Assembly (NCBI GenBank): GCA_965214565.1
Contig: OZ243951.1
Coordinates: 2,579,166 to 2,643,165, forward strand
Direction of reading: 5' to 3'
Source: Candidatus Aldehydirespiratoraceae bacterium
Lineage (GTDB): Bacteria > Actinomycetota > Acidimicrobiia > Acidimicrobiales > Aldehydirespiratoraceae
Length of the DNA: 64,000 bases
Shown: positions 32,059-40,692 of the stretch, piece after piece
How positions within the stretch are numbered: position 1 is the stretch's first letter
Layout: every line of letters begins with the position of its first letter
Position numbers and translations under genes: made by a program
The notes under the pieces: model-generated
The model's database searches: none
Seen by the model: the letters and a program-made list of their open reading frames with translations, nothing else
Told to the model about the DNA's origin: nothing

Positions 32059-32661
32059 ATGAGCGGACTGCCCAGGCGGACTCTGGACCAGGCGCAAGTG
32101 GTCGAGTGCGCCTCTTCTCTGGCAGACAGCGAGGGCTTCGACGCGGTCACACTCACTCGCGTTGCTGACGAACTCGGTGTTCGTCAACCAGCGCTGTATC
32201 GCCATGTCGAAGGGTATGACGACCTCGTGAAACAACTGGCTCTGAGAGGTCGCGAGAAACTCGCCCGTTCGCTGACCGAGGCAGCCGTCGGTGTGTCGGG
32301 CCCCGAGGCCGTCGTAGCAATCGGGCGGGCCTGGCGGGAGGTCGTGAGGACTCATCCTGGCCTGTATGCCGCAACCGACCGACATCCCTGCGCGGGCGAT
32401 GTTGAATTGGAGGAGGCGGTGGAGAGGATCGTGGGGGTCATTGCGCGGTCTTTGGGGAGCTTCAGCATCGACGAAGCTGAGCGTGTTCATGTGGCGCGCG
32501 GGTTGCGGAGTTCTTTCCACGGGTTCTCTCATCTTGAGTCTGGTGACGGGCATCCACACGAACACGACCTTGATGACACGTTCGATCATCTGCTGGAGCT
32601 CTTGATCGCCGGGATCCGCCATCTGGAGCGGGATTCTGCGCTAGATAGTCTTGCGGACTAG
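32059..32661 (+). CDS. TetR/AcrR family transcriptional regulator
   Basis: N-terminal HTH (VTLTRVADELGVRQPALYRH). Confidence 0.8.
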   Translation: MSGLPRRTLDQAQVVECASSLADSEGFDAVTLTRVADELGVRQPALYRHVEGYDDLVKQLALRGREKLARSLTEAAVGVSGPEAVVAIGRAWREVVRTHPGLYAATDRHPCAGDVELEEAVERIVGVIARSLGSFSIDEAERVHVARGLRSSFHGFSHLESGDGHPHEHDLDDTFDHLLELLIAGIRHLERDSALDSLAD

Positions 32662-32682
32662 TTATAGGCTCTTACAACCGTT

Positions 32683-32704
32683 TCGGAATGTAGTCGGAAT
32701 GTAG
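32683..32704. repeat. 11-nt perfect direct repeat x2 (tcggaatgtag), abutting the xsc ribosome-binding site
   Basis: Copies at 32683-32693 and 32694-32704, followed by GAGG and ATG 32713. Confidence 0.8.
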
Positions 32705-32712
32705 GAGGAAGC

Positions 32713-34479
32713 ATGACCCGGATGACCCCCAGCGAAGCGTTCGTCGAAACCATGGTTGCCAATGGTGTGACCACCGTCTTCGGGATCATGGGCAGCGCGT
32801 TCATGGACGCCATGGACATTTTCGAGCCCGCAGGCATCGAGTTGGTACCTGTGGTCCACGAACAGGGTGCCGCCCACATGGCCGACGGCTACGCCCGGGT
32901 CAGTGGTCGCCATGGAGTCGTCATCGGCCAGAACGGCCCCGGCATCTCCAACTGTGTGACGGCAATCGCGGCCGCCTTCTGGGCACACAGCCCCGTGGTC
33001 ATCGTCACCCCCGAAGCCGGGACGATGGGAATGGGCCTCGGCGGTTTCCAAGAAGCCAACCAGCTGCCGATGTTCGAGGAGTTCACCAAGTATCAGGGCC
33101 ACATCAACAACGAGAATCGCATGGCCGAGATCACTGCCCGCTGCTTCGACCGGGCGCTGTCGGAAATGGGTCCGACACAACTCAACATTCCCCGTGACCG
33201 CTTCTACGGCGACATCAACGTGGATATCCCGACCCCGATGCGCCTGGACCGGGGCCCCGGTGGTGAGCGAACGCTGAACGAAGCGGCGGACCTGTTGGCC
33301 CAAGCCCAGTTCCCGGTCATCGTCAGCGGGGGCGGCGTCGTGATGGGTGACGGCATGGCCGAGACGATCGCCCTGGCCGAGAGACTCGGCGCCCCGGTCC
33401 TCAACAGCTACCTGCACAACGATTCGTTCCCCGCCGGCCATCCGCAGTGGTGCGGCCCACTGGGCTATCAGGGCTCGAAAGCCGCGATGAAACTGATCGC
33501 GCGGGCTGATGTGGTGCTGGCGCTCGGCACCCGCCTGGGGCCGTTCGGTACCCTTCCCCAGCATGGTCTCGACTACTGGCCGGCCGATGCGAGGATCATT
33601 CAGGTAGACGCCGACTCGAAGATGCTCGGGCTGGTCAAGAAGATCGATGTCGGAATCTGCGGCGATGCCGGTGCCGCCGCGGCCGCTCTGACCTCGCGGT
33701 TGGCGCAGCGCACGCTGGTAGCGGACGGCAACCGCGTCGAACGGGAGTCCACGATGCGCGCTGAGAAGTCAGCCTGGGAGGCCGAACTAGACGACTGGAC
33801 CGAGGAGACCGACGACTTCAGCATCGACATGATCAAGGAGGCAGCAGCCGAGGAGGGTAGTTGGCTGCACCCCCGCCAGGCCCTGCGCGAACTGGAGAAG
33901 GCGATGCCGGCTCGGGTGATGGTGTCCACCGACATCGGCAACATCAACTCGGTATCCAACAGTTACCTGCGTTTCGAGGAGCCCCGGTCATTCTTCGCGG
34001 CCATGAGCTGGGGCAACTGCGGTTATGCGCTGCCCACCATCATCGGCGCCAAGAAGGCTGCCGACGACCGTCCCGCGGTGGCGTACGCCGGTGACGGTGC
34101 CTGGGCAATGAGCATGGTCGAGGTGATGACCGCGGTGCGCCACGACATTCCCGTCACAGCAGTCGTGTTCCACAACCGCCAATGGGGAGCAGAGAAGAAG
34201 AACCAGGTCGACTTCTACGGTCGCCGGTTCGTGGCCGGGGAACTCGAAGGTGGCGAGAACTACGCCCACATCGCCGACGCGATGGGGGCGACAGGTGTTC
34301 GTGTTGACCAGCTTGATGACGTCGGGCCGGCGCTGGAGCGGGCGATCGACGATCAGATGACGAAACGGCAGACCACGGTGATTGAGGTCATGACCACCAA
34401 GGAACTCGGCGACCCCTTCCGCAAGGACGCCCTGAGTCGCCCGGTCCGCCACCTGGAGAAGTACGCCGATTACACCTAG
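32713..34479 (+). CDS. xsc: sulfoacetaldehyde acetyltransferase (ThDP-dependent)
   Basis: 588 aa. ThDP-enzyme fold. Sequence blocks as remembered for Xsc (GQNGPGISN, GGFQEANQLPMFEE, QLNIPRD, GPLGYQGSKAAM, IIQVD...VGICGDA). A pta neighbour is typical of xsc loci. Confidence 0.85.
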   Translation: MTRMTPSEAFVETMVANGVTTVFGIMGSAFMDAMDIFEPAGIELVPVVHEQGAAHMADGYARVSGRHGVVIGQNGPGISNCVTAIAAAFWAHSPVVIVTPEAGTMGMGLGGFQEANQLPMFEEFTKYQGHINNENRMAEITARCFDRALSEMGPTQLNIPRDRFYGDINVDIPTPMRLDRGPGGERTLNEAADLLAQAQFPVIVSGGGVVMGDGMAETIALAERLGAPVLNSYLHNDSFPAGHPQWCGPLGYQGSKAAMKLIARADVVLALGTRLGPFGTLPQHGLDYWPADARIIQVDADSKMLGLVKKIDVGICGDAGAAAAALTSRLAQRTLVADGNRVERESTMRAEKSAWEAELDDWTEETDDFSIDMIKEAAAEEGSWLHPRQALRELEKAMPARVMVSTDIGNINSVSNSYLRFEEPRSFFAAMSWGNCGYALPTIIGAKKAADDRPAVAYAGDGAWAMSMVEVMTAVRHDIPVTAVVFHNRQWGAEKKNQVDFYGRRFVAGELEGGENYAHIADAMGATGVRVDQLDDVGPALERAIDDQMTKRQTTVIEVMTTKELGDPFRKDALSRPVRHLEKYADYT

Positions 34480-34547
34480 CTTGCTGGCCAGTACCGAGCT
34501 TTGCTGCTACGGCGCGGCTGAGTGGTCGGCACTGCTTGTAGGTCGGG

Positions 34548-35075
34548 TCAGGTCGGTTGCGCGGGGCCGGTGAGTGAACTCAACAGGGCGTCGATTGCCT
34601 GGTCGGCGATGGCCACCATCTCGTCGTCGGTGCGGTCCTGGATGGGGTGCTCGGTCAGGACGTGGGCTATGTCACCCCCGAGGCTCCTGCTCTGCTGCTC
34701 CGCACCGTCGGCGAACTCGACGGTGGCGACGAACACTCCCGGAATGCCCCTGCGTTCAAGATCGTTGATGTCGTGCACACTGCACGTCGTGCAGGAACCT
34801 CAATCGGCGAGCGCTTCGATCACCGCGTCGCACGACACAGCGATCTCATGGCGCAGGTCGACAGGGGCCGGCTTGGTGAAGGTCGGCTTCTTGTAGCGCT
34901 TCACCTCGGCACCCAGCTCGGTCAGCTTCTTCTGAACTCGATCGAGAAATATGTCTCCGCGGGGTTTGGAGATGTCGAGCAGTCCGACCGTGAGCCCGTT
35001 GAGAGACTCGGGTCTGGCGACACGCTCACGTTTCTCAGGCCGCAATTCAGCTGTGGGATCCAGTACAACAGTCAT
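34548..35075 (-). CDS. UGSC-family (seleno)protein; in-frame TGA at 34802..34800 read as selenocysteine
   Basis: ORFs 34800..35075 and 34548..34778 are in the same frame, separated only by the TGA. Read-through gives ...EALAD-U-GSCTTCSVHDINDLERRGIPG... (175 aa). The second ORF has no RBS or ATG of its own. Confidence 0.65.
34773..34802 (-). promoter_or_regulatory. UGA codon plus overlapping hairpins (candidate SECIS)
   Basis: On the minus strand: UGA GGUUC CUGCAC-GAC-GUGCAG and GUGCA-GUG-UGCAC. These begin 6 nt after the UGA. Confidence 0.4.
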
Positions 35076-36520
35076 CGAGTGATCTCCTTTGTGACGGTCA
35101 CGCTACCGGTTGCGCCCGAAACCCAGCCGGCGATGGTGGTGGAGAACAGGCCTGCTCGGCTGCCTCCATGCACGACATGGATGCCTCCGGGCGGGAATTT
35201 CGGCAGTTGGTGGCCCGCCAGGAACGCGGGCATTCCCTCCTCGATTCCGTCGGCGCCTGCGACTATGTCGTCACCGTCGATCATCAGCAGCGCTTCGAGT
35301 TCTGCCAGAAAGCGGGCCCTGTCCCAACCGGCATCTCGATACCGGGCCATATGTTCGGGACTCATCACGATCACGGTCTCCATCTGCATCACCATCCTCG
35401 GGCTGACGTTGACGCACAGCATCTCGGCGAAGTGCCTGGTGAGCGATTCGGCCGAGCGGGACTTCTGATCAAACATCAGTCTGGGGCCCTCTCCTGGAAA
35501 CAGGGTGACGGTCGAAGCGGATCGATCAAAGCCGCGAGACTCGGCGTACGTGTCGAATGCGCTGCCCTCCTCGTCCTCGGCGAAGCACAACCCGATCTTC
35601 GAGGGACTGCCCTGGGTTGCACGGTCGACGCCTCCCGGTCTTCCACCACCGACGTTGCGGATGACCAACTGCAGGGCCCGACCGATCGTGGAGTTGGCGC
35701 GGTTGCCCTGGCCGAGCAGGTTTGTGCCGCTGTTCATGCCGATCTCGGCCCGGACGGGTCCGTTGACGATGAGGATCGGCCCGACCGGCATGGTTGTGGC
35801 CAACAGTCCGTGCATGTTGAACTCGTCGGTACAGGCGGCCGCGACCGCGGTCAGCACGACAGGCAGGTATTCGGGCCTGCATCCGGCCATCACCGCGTTG
35901 ATGGCGACCTTCTCGACGGAGCACTCCACGAGATCTGGCGGGACGACGGCCACAATCTCGTCGGGGGCGCGGCTCGTGCCCTCGAGCATCCGCAGAACCC
36001 GCGCCTCGGTGGGTGGCACAACGGGCATTCCGTCGGTGAATCCGCGGTCGAACATGGCTTCGATGTCGTCTTCGAGTGAGGCCAGTTCGAGCCGGCGACT
36101 CTTGAGTCTCGAACCCGAGAAACGCACGGCGAGTTCGTCGCTGAGGTTGGGATCGACGCTGAGGGAACCGCACCCCGGTCTGAAGTCGGGAAGGTCGGTT
36201 CCGAGGTGCTCGAGTCCGCTGAACTCCTCCCACTGTTGGCGGGACCAGCCGACAATGCGGTCGGCTTCGGAACCGTTGTCGACTCGCAGCAGTGTGGGGA
36301 CCGTCTCGATCTGGTTGTGCCATGACATCGCCAGGTCTTCGTCGTGGACGACCCACGGCGCGGCTTGAGGGAAGTTGGGGTCGTCCTGGGTGACGACTGT
36401 GATGTCGGCGCGTTCAGCCATGTCGGTGAGGACTGGGGCCACCAGTACACATGTGGGGCAGTCCTTCTTGACTACGGCTACGAGACCGTCTGGGAGTGGA
36501 GCGGACTGCGGACTGGTCAC
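35072..36520 (-). CDS. thioredoxin-fold (CPTC) N-terminal domain fused to a conserved uncharacterised ~370-aa domain
   Basis: 482 aa. Contains VVKKDCPTCVL. The stop overlaps the start of the UGSC gene (ATGA). Confidence 0.6.
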   Translation of the reverse strand: MTSPQSAPLPDGLVAVVKKDCPTCVLVAPVLTDMAERADITVVTQDDPNFPQAAPWVVHDEDLAMSWHNQIETVPTLLRVDNGSEADRIVGWSRQQWEEFSGLEHLGTDLPDFRPGCGSLSVDPNLSDELAVRFSGSRLKSRRLELASLEDDIEAMFDRGFTDGMPVVPPTEARVLRMLEGTSRAPDEIVAVVPPDLVECSVEKVAINAVMAGCRPEYLPVVLTAVAAACTDEFNMHGLLATTMPVGPILIVNGPVRAEIGMNSGTNLLGQGNRANSTIGRALQLVIRNVGGGRPGGVDRATQGSPSKIGLCFAEDEEGSAFDTYAESRGFDRSASTVTLFPGEGPRLMFDQKSRSAESLTRHFAEMLCVNVSPRMVMQMETVIVMSPEHMARYRDAGWDRARFLAELEALLMIDGDDIVAGADGIEEGMPAFLAGHQLPKFPPGGIHVVHGGSRAGLFSTTIAGWVSGATGSVTVTKEITR

Positions 36521-36624
36521 CCGTCAACTGTGGCACAAGAAGAAGTTGGCGGTCACGCTGACAGAAGCGACATCTGTCACACTCGGTGTGCGAGGCCTGT
36601 CGGCTCGCGTACGGTGAAAAAGCA

Positions 36625-37530
36625 ATGGGGGATAAGCAAGAGACTGTGGTCGTGTCGTTCCACGGCGTTCGCGGTTCGACGCCGTGCAGTTGCCCCACGG
36701 TGCAGCGCTACGGAGGGAATACCAGTTGCGTTTCGGTGGAAACCACCGATCACGACCCGATCGTTCTGGACCTGGGAACGGGCCTGCGCCCGTGGGGTTG
36801 TGCGATGTCACCCCAGAACGGGTTGACACTGCATGCGTTGGTCACGCATCTTCACTGGGACCACATCCAGGGTCTGCCGTTCTTTGCACCGCTGCTCTGT
36901 GCGGACACCACGCTGAACATCTATGGGCCCACTGAACATCCAGAGTCGCTGGCGGAGGCGTTCGGTCGGTTCATCGCTCCGCCGTTCTTCCCGATCCGTA
37001 CCGCAGAACTTCCGGCTACGATCAATTTCCACGAGGTCAGCAGCAGCGACTTCGTGCTGGGCCTCGCCTCGGTGATGGCGAGACCGGTGCCCCATGTCGG
37101 CAACACCAACGGGTACCGGCTCAATCTGCATGGCTTCTCGATCGCTTATATTCCCGATCACCAGGAGCCGATCCACGATCCGGGACATGTCGATGAATCC
37201 GTTCTTGAACTGTGCGACGGTGCCGACCTGTTGATTCACGACGGGCAACTGTGGCCCGAAGAACTTGCGCTGAAGCAGGCTTGGGGCCACTGCACGCCCG
37301 AGTACGCACTCGAGGTCGCCCGCCAGGCCGGGGTCGACACACTGGCGTTGTTTCATCACGACCCCTCTCACGACGACGCCTCAGTCGACGAGATGGTGCA
37401 GCGTTTGGGCGAACGGGGAGCGGAAGCAGGCGTGAGCACTGTGCTGGCGGCCAAAGAGGGCACGAGCCTGACATTCTCCGTGGCGAACAAGCCTTTCGCC
37501 AGCCTGCGCGAGCAGTCCGTTCGGCCGTAG
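36625..37530 (+). CDS. MBL-fold metallo-hydrolase
   Basis: Contains the THLHWDH motif. ATG at 36625 (MGDKQETVVVSFHGVRGS). Confidence 0.8.
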   Translation: MGDKQETVVVSFHGVRGSTPCSCPTVQRYGGNTSCVSVETTDHDPIVLDLGTGLRPWGCAMSPQNGLTLHALVTHLHWDHIQGLPFFAPLLCADTTLNIYGPTEHPESLAEAFGRFIAPPFFPIRTAELPATINFHEVSSSDFVLGLASVMARPVPHVGNTNGYRLNLHGFSIAYIPDHQEPIHDPGHVDESVLELCDGADLLIHDGQLWPEELALKQAWGHCTPEYALEVARQAGVDTLALFHHDPSHDDASVDEMVQRLGERGAEAGVSTVLAAKEGTSLTFSVANKPFASLREQSVRP

Positions 37531-37541
37531 AAGGGAACCGG

Positions 37542-38045
37542 ATGTCTATTGACTCAAGTGAGTTCCGACGGGTGCTCGGACACTTCCCCACCGGGGTGAC
37601 AGTGGTGACCGCCCCGACCGAGCAGGGTCCTGTCGGTATGGCGATCGGGTCTTTCGCGAGCGTCTCGCTGGATCCTCCGCTGGTGATGTTCTGTCCGGGC
37701 AAGGAATCGGCGACCTGGGCGAAGATGGCCGGGACGGACCGTTTCTGTGTGAACGTGCTCGGCGAAGACCAAGCGGATGTGTGCGGGGTGTTCGCCAGCA
37801 AGGCCGATGACAAGTTTGCTGGGGTCGAATGGAGCACCAGAGTCACCGGCTCCCCGGTTCTCGGCGGCTCGATTGCGTGGATCGACTGCGAGGTCCATGC
37901 CATACACGACGGCGGCGACCACGACATCGTCGTAGGTCTGGTCAAGGGACTCTCGACCGAGAGCGGCTCCGAAGACGAACCGGGGAACAGCAGGGGCCCC
38001 CTGCTGTTCTACCGTGGTGGCTACGGCCGTTTCGAGCGGATCTAA
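37542..38045 (+). CDS. flavin reductase family protein
   Basis: Contains FRRVLGHFPTGVTVVT, SFASVSLDPPLV and GDHDIVVG motifs. ATG at 37542 follows the upstream stop. Confidence 0.85.
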   Translation: MSIDSSEFRRVLGHFPTGVTVVTAPTEQGPVGMAIGSFASVSLDPPLVMFCPGKESATWAKMAGTDRFCVNVLGEDQADVCGVFASKADDKFAGVEWSTRVTGSPVLGGSIAWIDCEVHAIHDGGDHDIVVGLVKGLSTESGSEDEPGNSRGPLLFYRGGYGRFERI

Positions 38046-38563
38046 TGCCGATTTACGCTCTCGGTGACCGCATCCCGGAAATCGACGCTGACGCCTACGT
38101 CCATCCGGATGCGACCCTCATCGGCAGCGTGATCCTCGGCCCGCAGAGTTCTGTTTGGCCCAACGCGGTGATCCGCGCCGATGACAACGTGATCAGTATC
38201 GGACGGGGCTCGTCGATCCAGGACGGCGCGGTGCTGCATTGCACTGAGGTGCATTCCACGGTCATCGGCGACTATGTGACGATCGGCCACCTGGCTCATC
38301 TCGAGGGCTGCCAGATCCTGGAACGTTCGCTGGTCGGCAGCGGTTCGGTGATTCTGCACGATGCGGTTGTCGGGCCCGAGGCGCTCATCGGAGCGTCCGC
38401 GATGGTTCCAGCCAAGATGGTCGTGCCCGCCTTGGCGATGGCGCTGGGGGTGCCGGCTAGAATCCGCGAGAACGCACTCACTGAGGGAGCCAACAGCCTC
38501 AACGTAGAGAGTTACATCCGCCGTGCTCGCTACTACCCTTCTCAACTGCGCCGAATCGATTGA
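38045..38563 (+). CDS. gamma-class carbonic anhydrase family (LbH) protein
   Basis: Starts MPIYALGDRIPEIDADAYVHPDATLIG and has hexapeptide repeats. TAATG overlap with the upstream gene. Confidence 0.85.
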   Translation: MPIYALGDRIPEIDADAYVHPDATLIGSVILGPQSSVWPNAVIRADDNVISIGRGSSIQDGAVLHCTEVHSTVIGDYVTIGHLAHLEGCQILERSLVGSGSVILHDAVVGPEALIGASAMVPAKMVVPALAMALGVPARIRENALTEGANSLNVESYIRRARYYPSQLRRID

Positions 38564-38657
38564 CTCAGCAGCGCAGAAACCGTAGACGTTCGGCCTCTTA
38601 TTTGTTACTATCCAGATAGGAGAAATATGTCGAGCAGCGCCTCTAGGAGTGATCACG

Positions 38658-40079
38658 ATGACATCCACTGAGATTGGGACATCCACAGACATCGGCGTCG
38701 ACCTCGGCAAGTACCAACTGGGTTGGAGCGACGAGGAAGACTACGTCTTCAAGCCCCAGAAAGGGCTCAACGAGGAGATCCTCCGCGAGATGTCGTGGCT
38801 CAAGGGCGAGCCTCAGTGGATGCTCGACTTCCGCCTGAAGTCGTACCGGCGATTCGGCAACCGCCCGATGCCCCACTGGGGCGGCGACATGTCCGACATC
38901 GACTTCGACAACATCTACTACTACATCAAACCCACCGAAGAACTTAGCGACGACTGGGACGACGTCCCCGAGTCCATCAAGAACACCTACGAGAAGCTCG
39001 GCATCCCCGAGGCTGAGCGGAAATATCTCGCCGGGGTTACCGCCCAGTACGAATCCGAGGTCGTATACCACCGCAACCGTGAAGACCTCGAAGCACAGGG
39101 TGTGCTGTTCTCCGACATGGACACGGCGCTGCGCGAGTACCCCGACATGGTCAAACGGTACTTCGGCAAGGTCATCCCTCCCAACGACAACAAGTTCTCT
39201 GCGCTCAACAGCTCCGCCTGGTCGGGAGGCTCGTTCATCTACGTGCCCCCCGGCGTCGAGGTCGAGATGCCGTTGCAGGCCTACTTCCGGATCAACGCCG
39301 AGAACATGGGCCAGTTCGAGCGCACCCTGATCATCGCTGACGAGGGTTCCAAGGTGCACTACATCGAGGGCTGCTCAGCACCGACCTACACGTCCGACTC
39401 ACTGCATTCAGCAGTTGTCGAGATCATCGTGAAACCGTCGGCGCGGGTGACCTACACCACCATCCAGAACTGGTCCGACAACGTGTTCAACCTGGTCACC
39501 AAACGTGCCTACGTGGAAGCTGAAGGGCACATGGAGTGGATCGACGGCAACATCGGCTCGAAACTGACCATGAAGTACCCGGCGGTTGTGCTCGCCGGCC
39601 CCAAAGCCTCCGGTGAGGTGCTCTCTGTTGCGTATGCCGGGCCGAACCAACATCAGGACACCGGTGCCAAGATGACTCACGTGGCACCTGAGACGACCTC
39701 CAAGATCGTCTCGAAGTCGATATCAAAGGACGGTGGCCGCACCTCGTATCGAGGTTTGGTGCGGGTTGAGGACGATGCGTACGGCTGCAAGAGCCATGTC
39801 CAGTGCGACGCCCTGATCCTCGATGAGGATTCCGTCTCCGACACCTACCCTTACATGGAGGTCGGTTCGGGCGATGCCGTCATCGGCCATGAGGCCACGG
39901 TGAGCCGGGTCGCCGACGAGCAACTGTTCTATCTGCAGAGTCGCGGCCTGACAGAGGAGCAGGCGATGGGCATGATCGTCAACGGCTTCATCGAGCCGGT
40001 CACCCGCACTCTGCCGATGGAGTACGCAGTCGAATGGAGCCGCTTGATCGAACTGCAGATGGAGGGAAGCGTCGGCTGA
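38658..40079 (+). CDS. sufB: Fe-S cluster assembly protein SufB
   Basis: About 473 aa. Contains [10 protein letters not shown] and [16 protein letters not shown] lies 8 nt upstream of ATG 38658. Confidence 0.95.
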   Translation: MTSTEIGTSTDIGVDLGKYQLGWSDEEDYVFKPQKGLNEEILREMSWLKGEPQWMLDFRLKSYRRFGNRPMPHWGGDMSDIDFDNIYYYIKPTEELSDDWDDVPESIKNTYEKLGIPEAERKYLAGVTAQYESEVVYHRNREDLEAQGVLFSDMDTALREYPDMVKRYFGKVIPPNDNKFSALNSSAWSGGSFIYVPPGVEVEMPLQAYFRINAENMGQFERTLIIADEGSKVHYIEGCSAPTYTSDSLHSAVVEIIVKPSARVTYTTIQNWSDNVFNLVTKRAYVEAEGHMEWIDGNIGSKLTMKYPAVVLAGPKASGEVLSVAYAGPNQHQDTGAKMTHVAPETTSKIVSKSISKDGGRTSYRGLVRVEDDAYGCKSHVQCDALILDEDSVSDTYPYMEVGSGDAVIGHEATVSRVADEQLFYLQSRGLTEEQAMGMIVNGFIEPVTRTLPMEYAVEWSRLIELQMEGSVG

Positions 40080-40182
40080 CGCTCTGCAGGTTGACCCCTG
40101 CTGATCCACCCCTGCCGGTTCGCTCGACAGATCAGTCAATCGGGTTAGTGACGCAGCGAGATCACTGCGCGACAATAGGGGC

Positions 40183-40539
40183 ATGCCGATGCGCCAGGAC
40201 TGCAAGTACTTTGAATCCCGCACGTATGCCAACGGCGACACCGTTCGCAAGTGCGACCTCGACCTTGCTCCCGAAGCACCTTGGCGCTGTCCTGACGAAT
40301 GCCCGAAATACACCCGCCGTATGGCGGATGTGAATTGGAGCCACGGATCGCTGATCACGCCGGTCACGCCGGCAGAACCTTCGAGTCTCGGCAGCGACGA
40401 CAGCATCGGTGCGTTGCTCGACGCTGCCGAGGACATCATCAACGAGGCCGCGCCTGAGGTGCTACAGGAGATCGAAGCTGAGCACCAGAGAGCCTCGCGC
40501 CGCGGGTTGGGTCGTTTCCTTCGCCGGCGCCCCCGCTGA
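40183..40539 (+). CDS. hypothetical Cys-rich small protein inserted between sufB and sufD
   Basis: 118 aa. Cys pattern C-x16-C-x11-C-x3-C in the first 40 residues. Basic C-terminal tail. Confidence 0.5.
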   Translation: MPMRQDCKYFESRTYANGDTVRKCDLDLAPEAPWRCPDECPKYTRRMADVNWSHGSLITPVTPAEPSSLGSDDSIGALLDAAEDIINEAAPEVLQEIEAEHQRASRRGLGRFLRRRPR

Positions 40540-40692
40540 GAGGGGCGGCTCACGCCGGGCGTGGCCGGAGCCGCAGTTGGTTCTGGCGGGGGAGAGGGTT
40601 GCGGGGTGAGTGAATCTGGTGCCGCTCGACGGCGGCGGCGGTAGCATTGCCCGTGTTTACCGGCCCTCGGGCCTTCTTCATCGGGCAGGGTC

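Noticed and set aside
37212-37541. Long N-terminal extension of the flavin reductase ORF. The same issue applies at 37829-38044 for the gamma-carbonic anhydrase ORF.
   Set aside because: The extensions overlap the preceding genes out of frame and are Arg-rich nonsense. Conserved protein sequence starts at ATG 37542 and ATG 38045.
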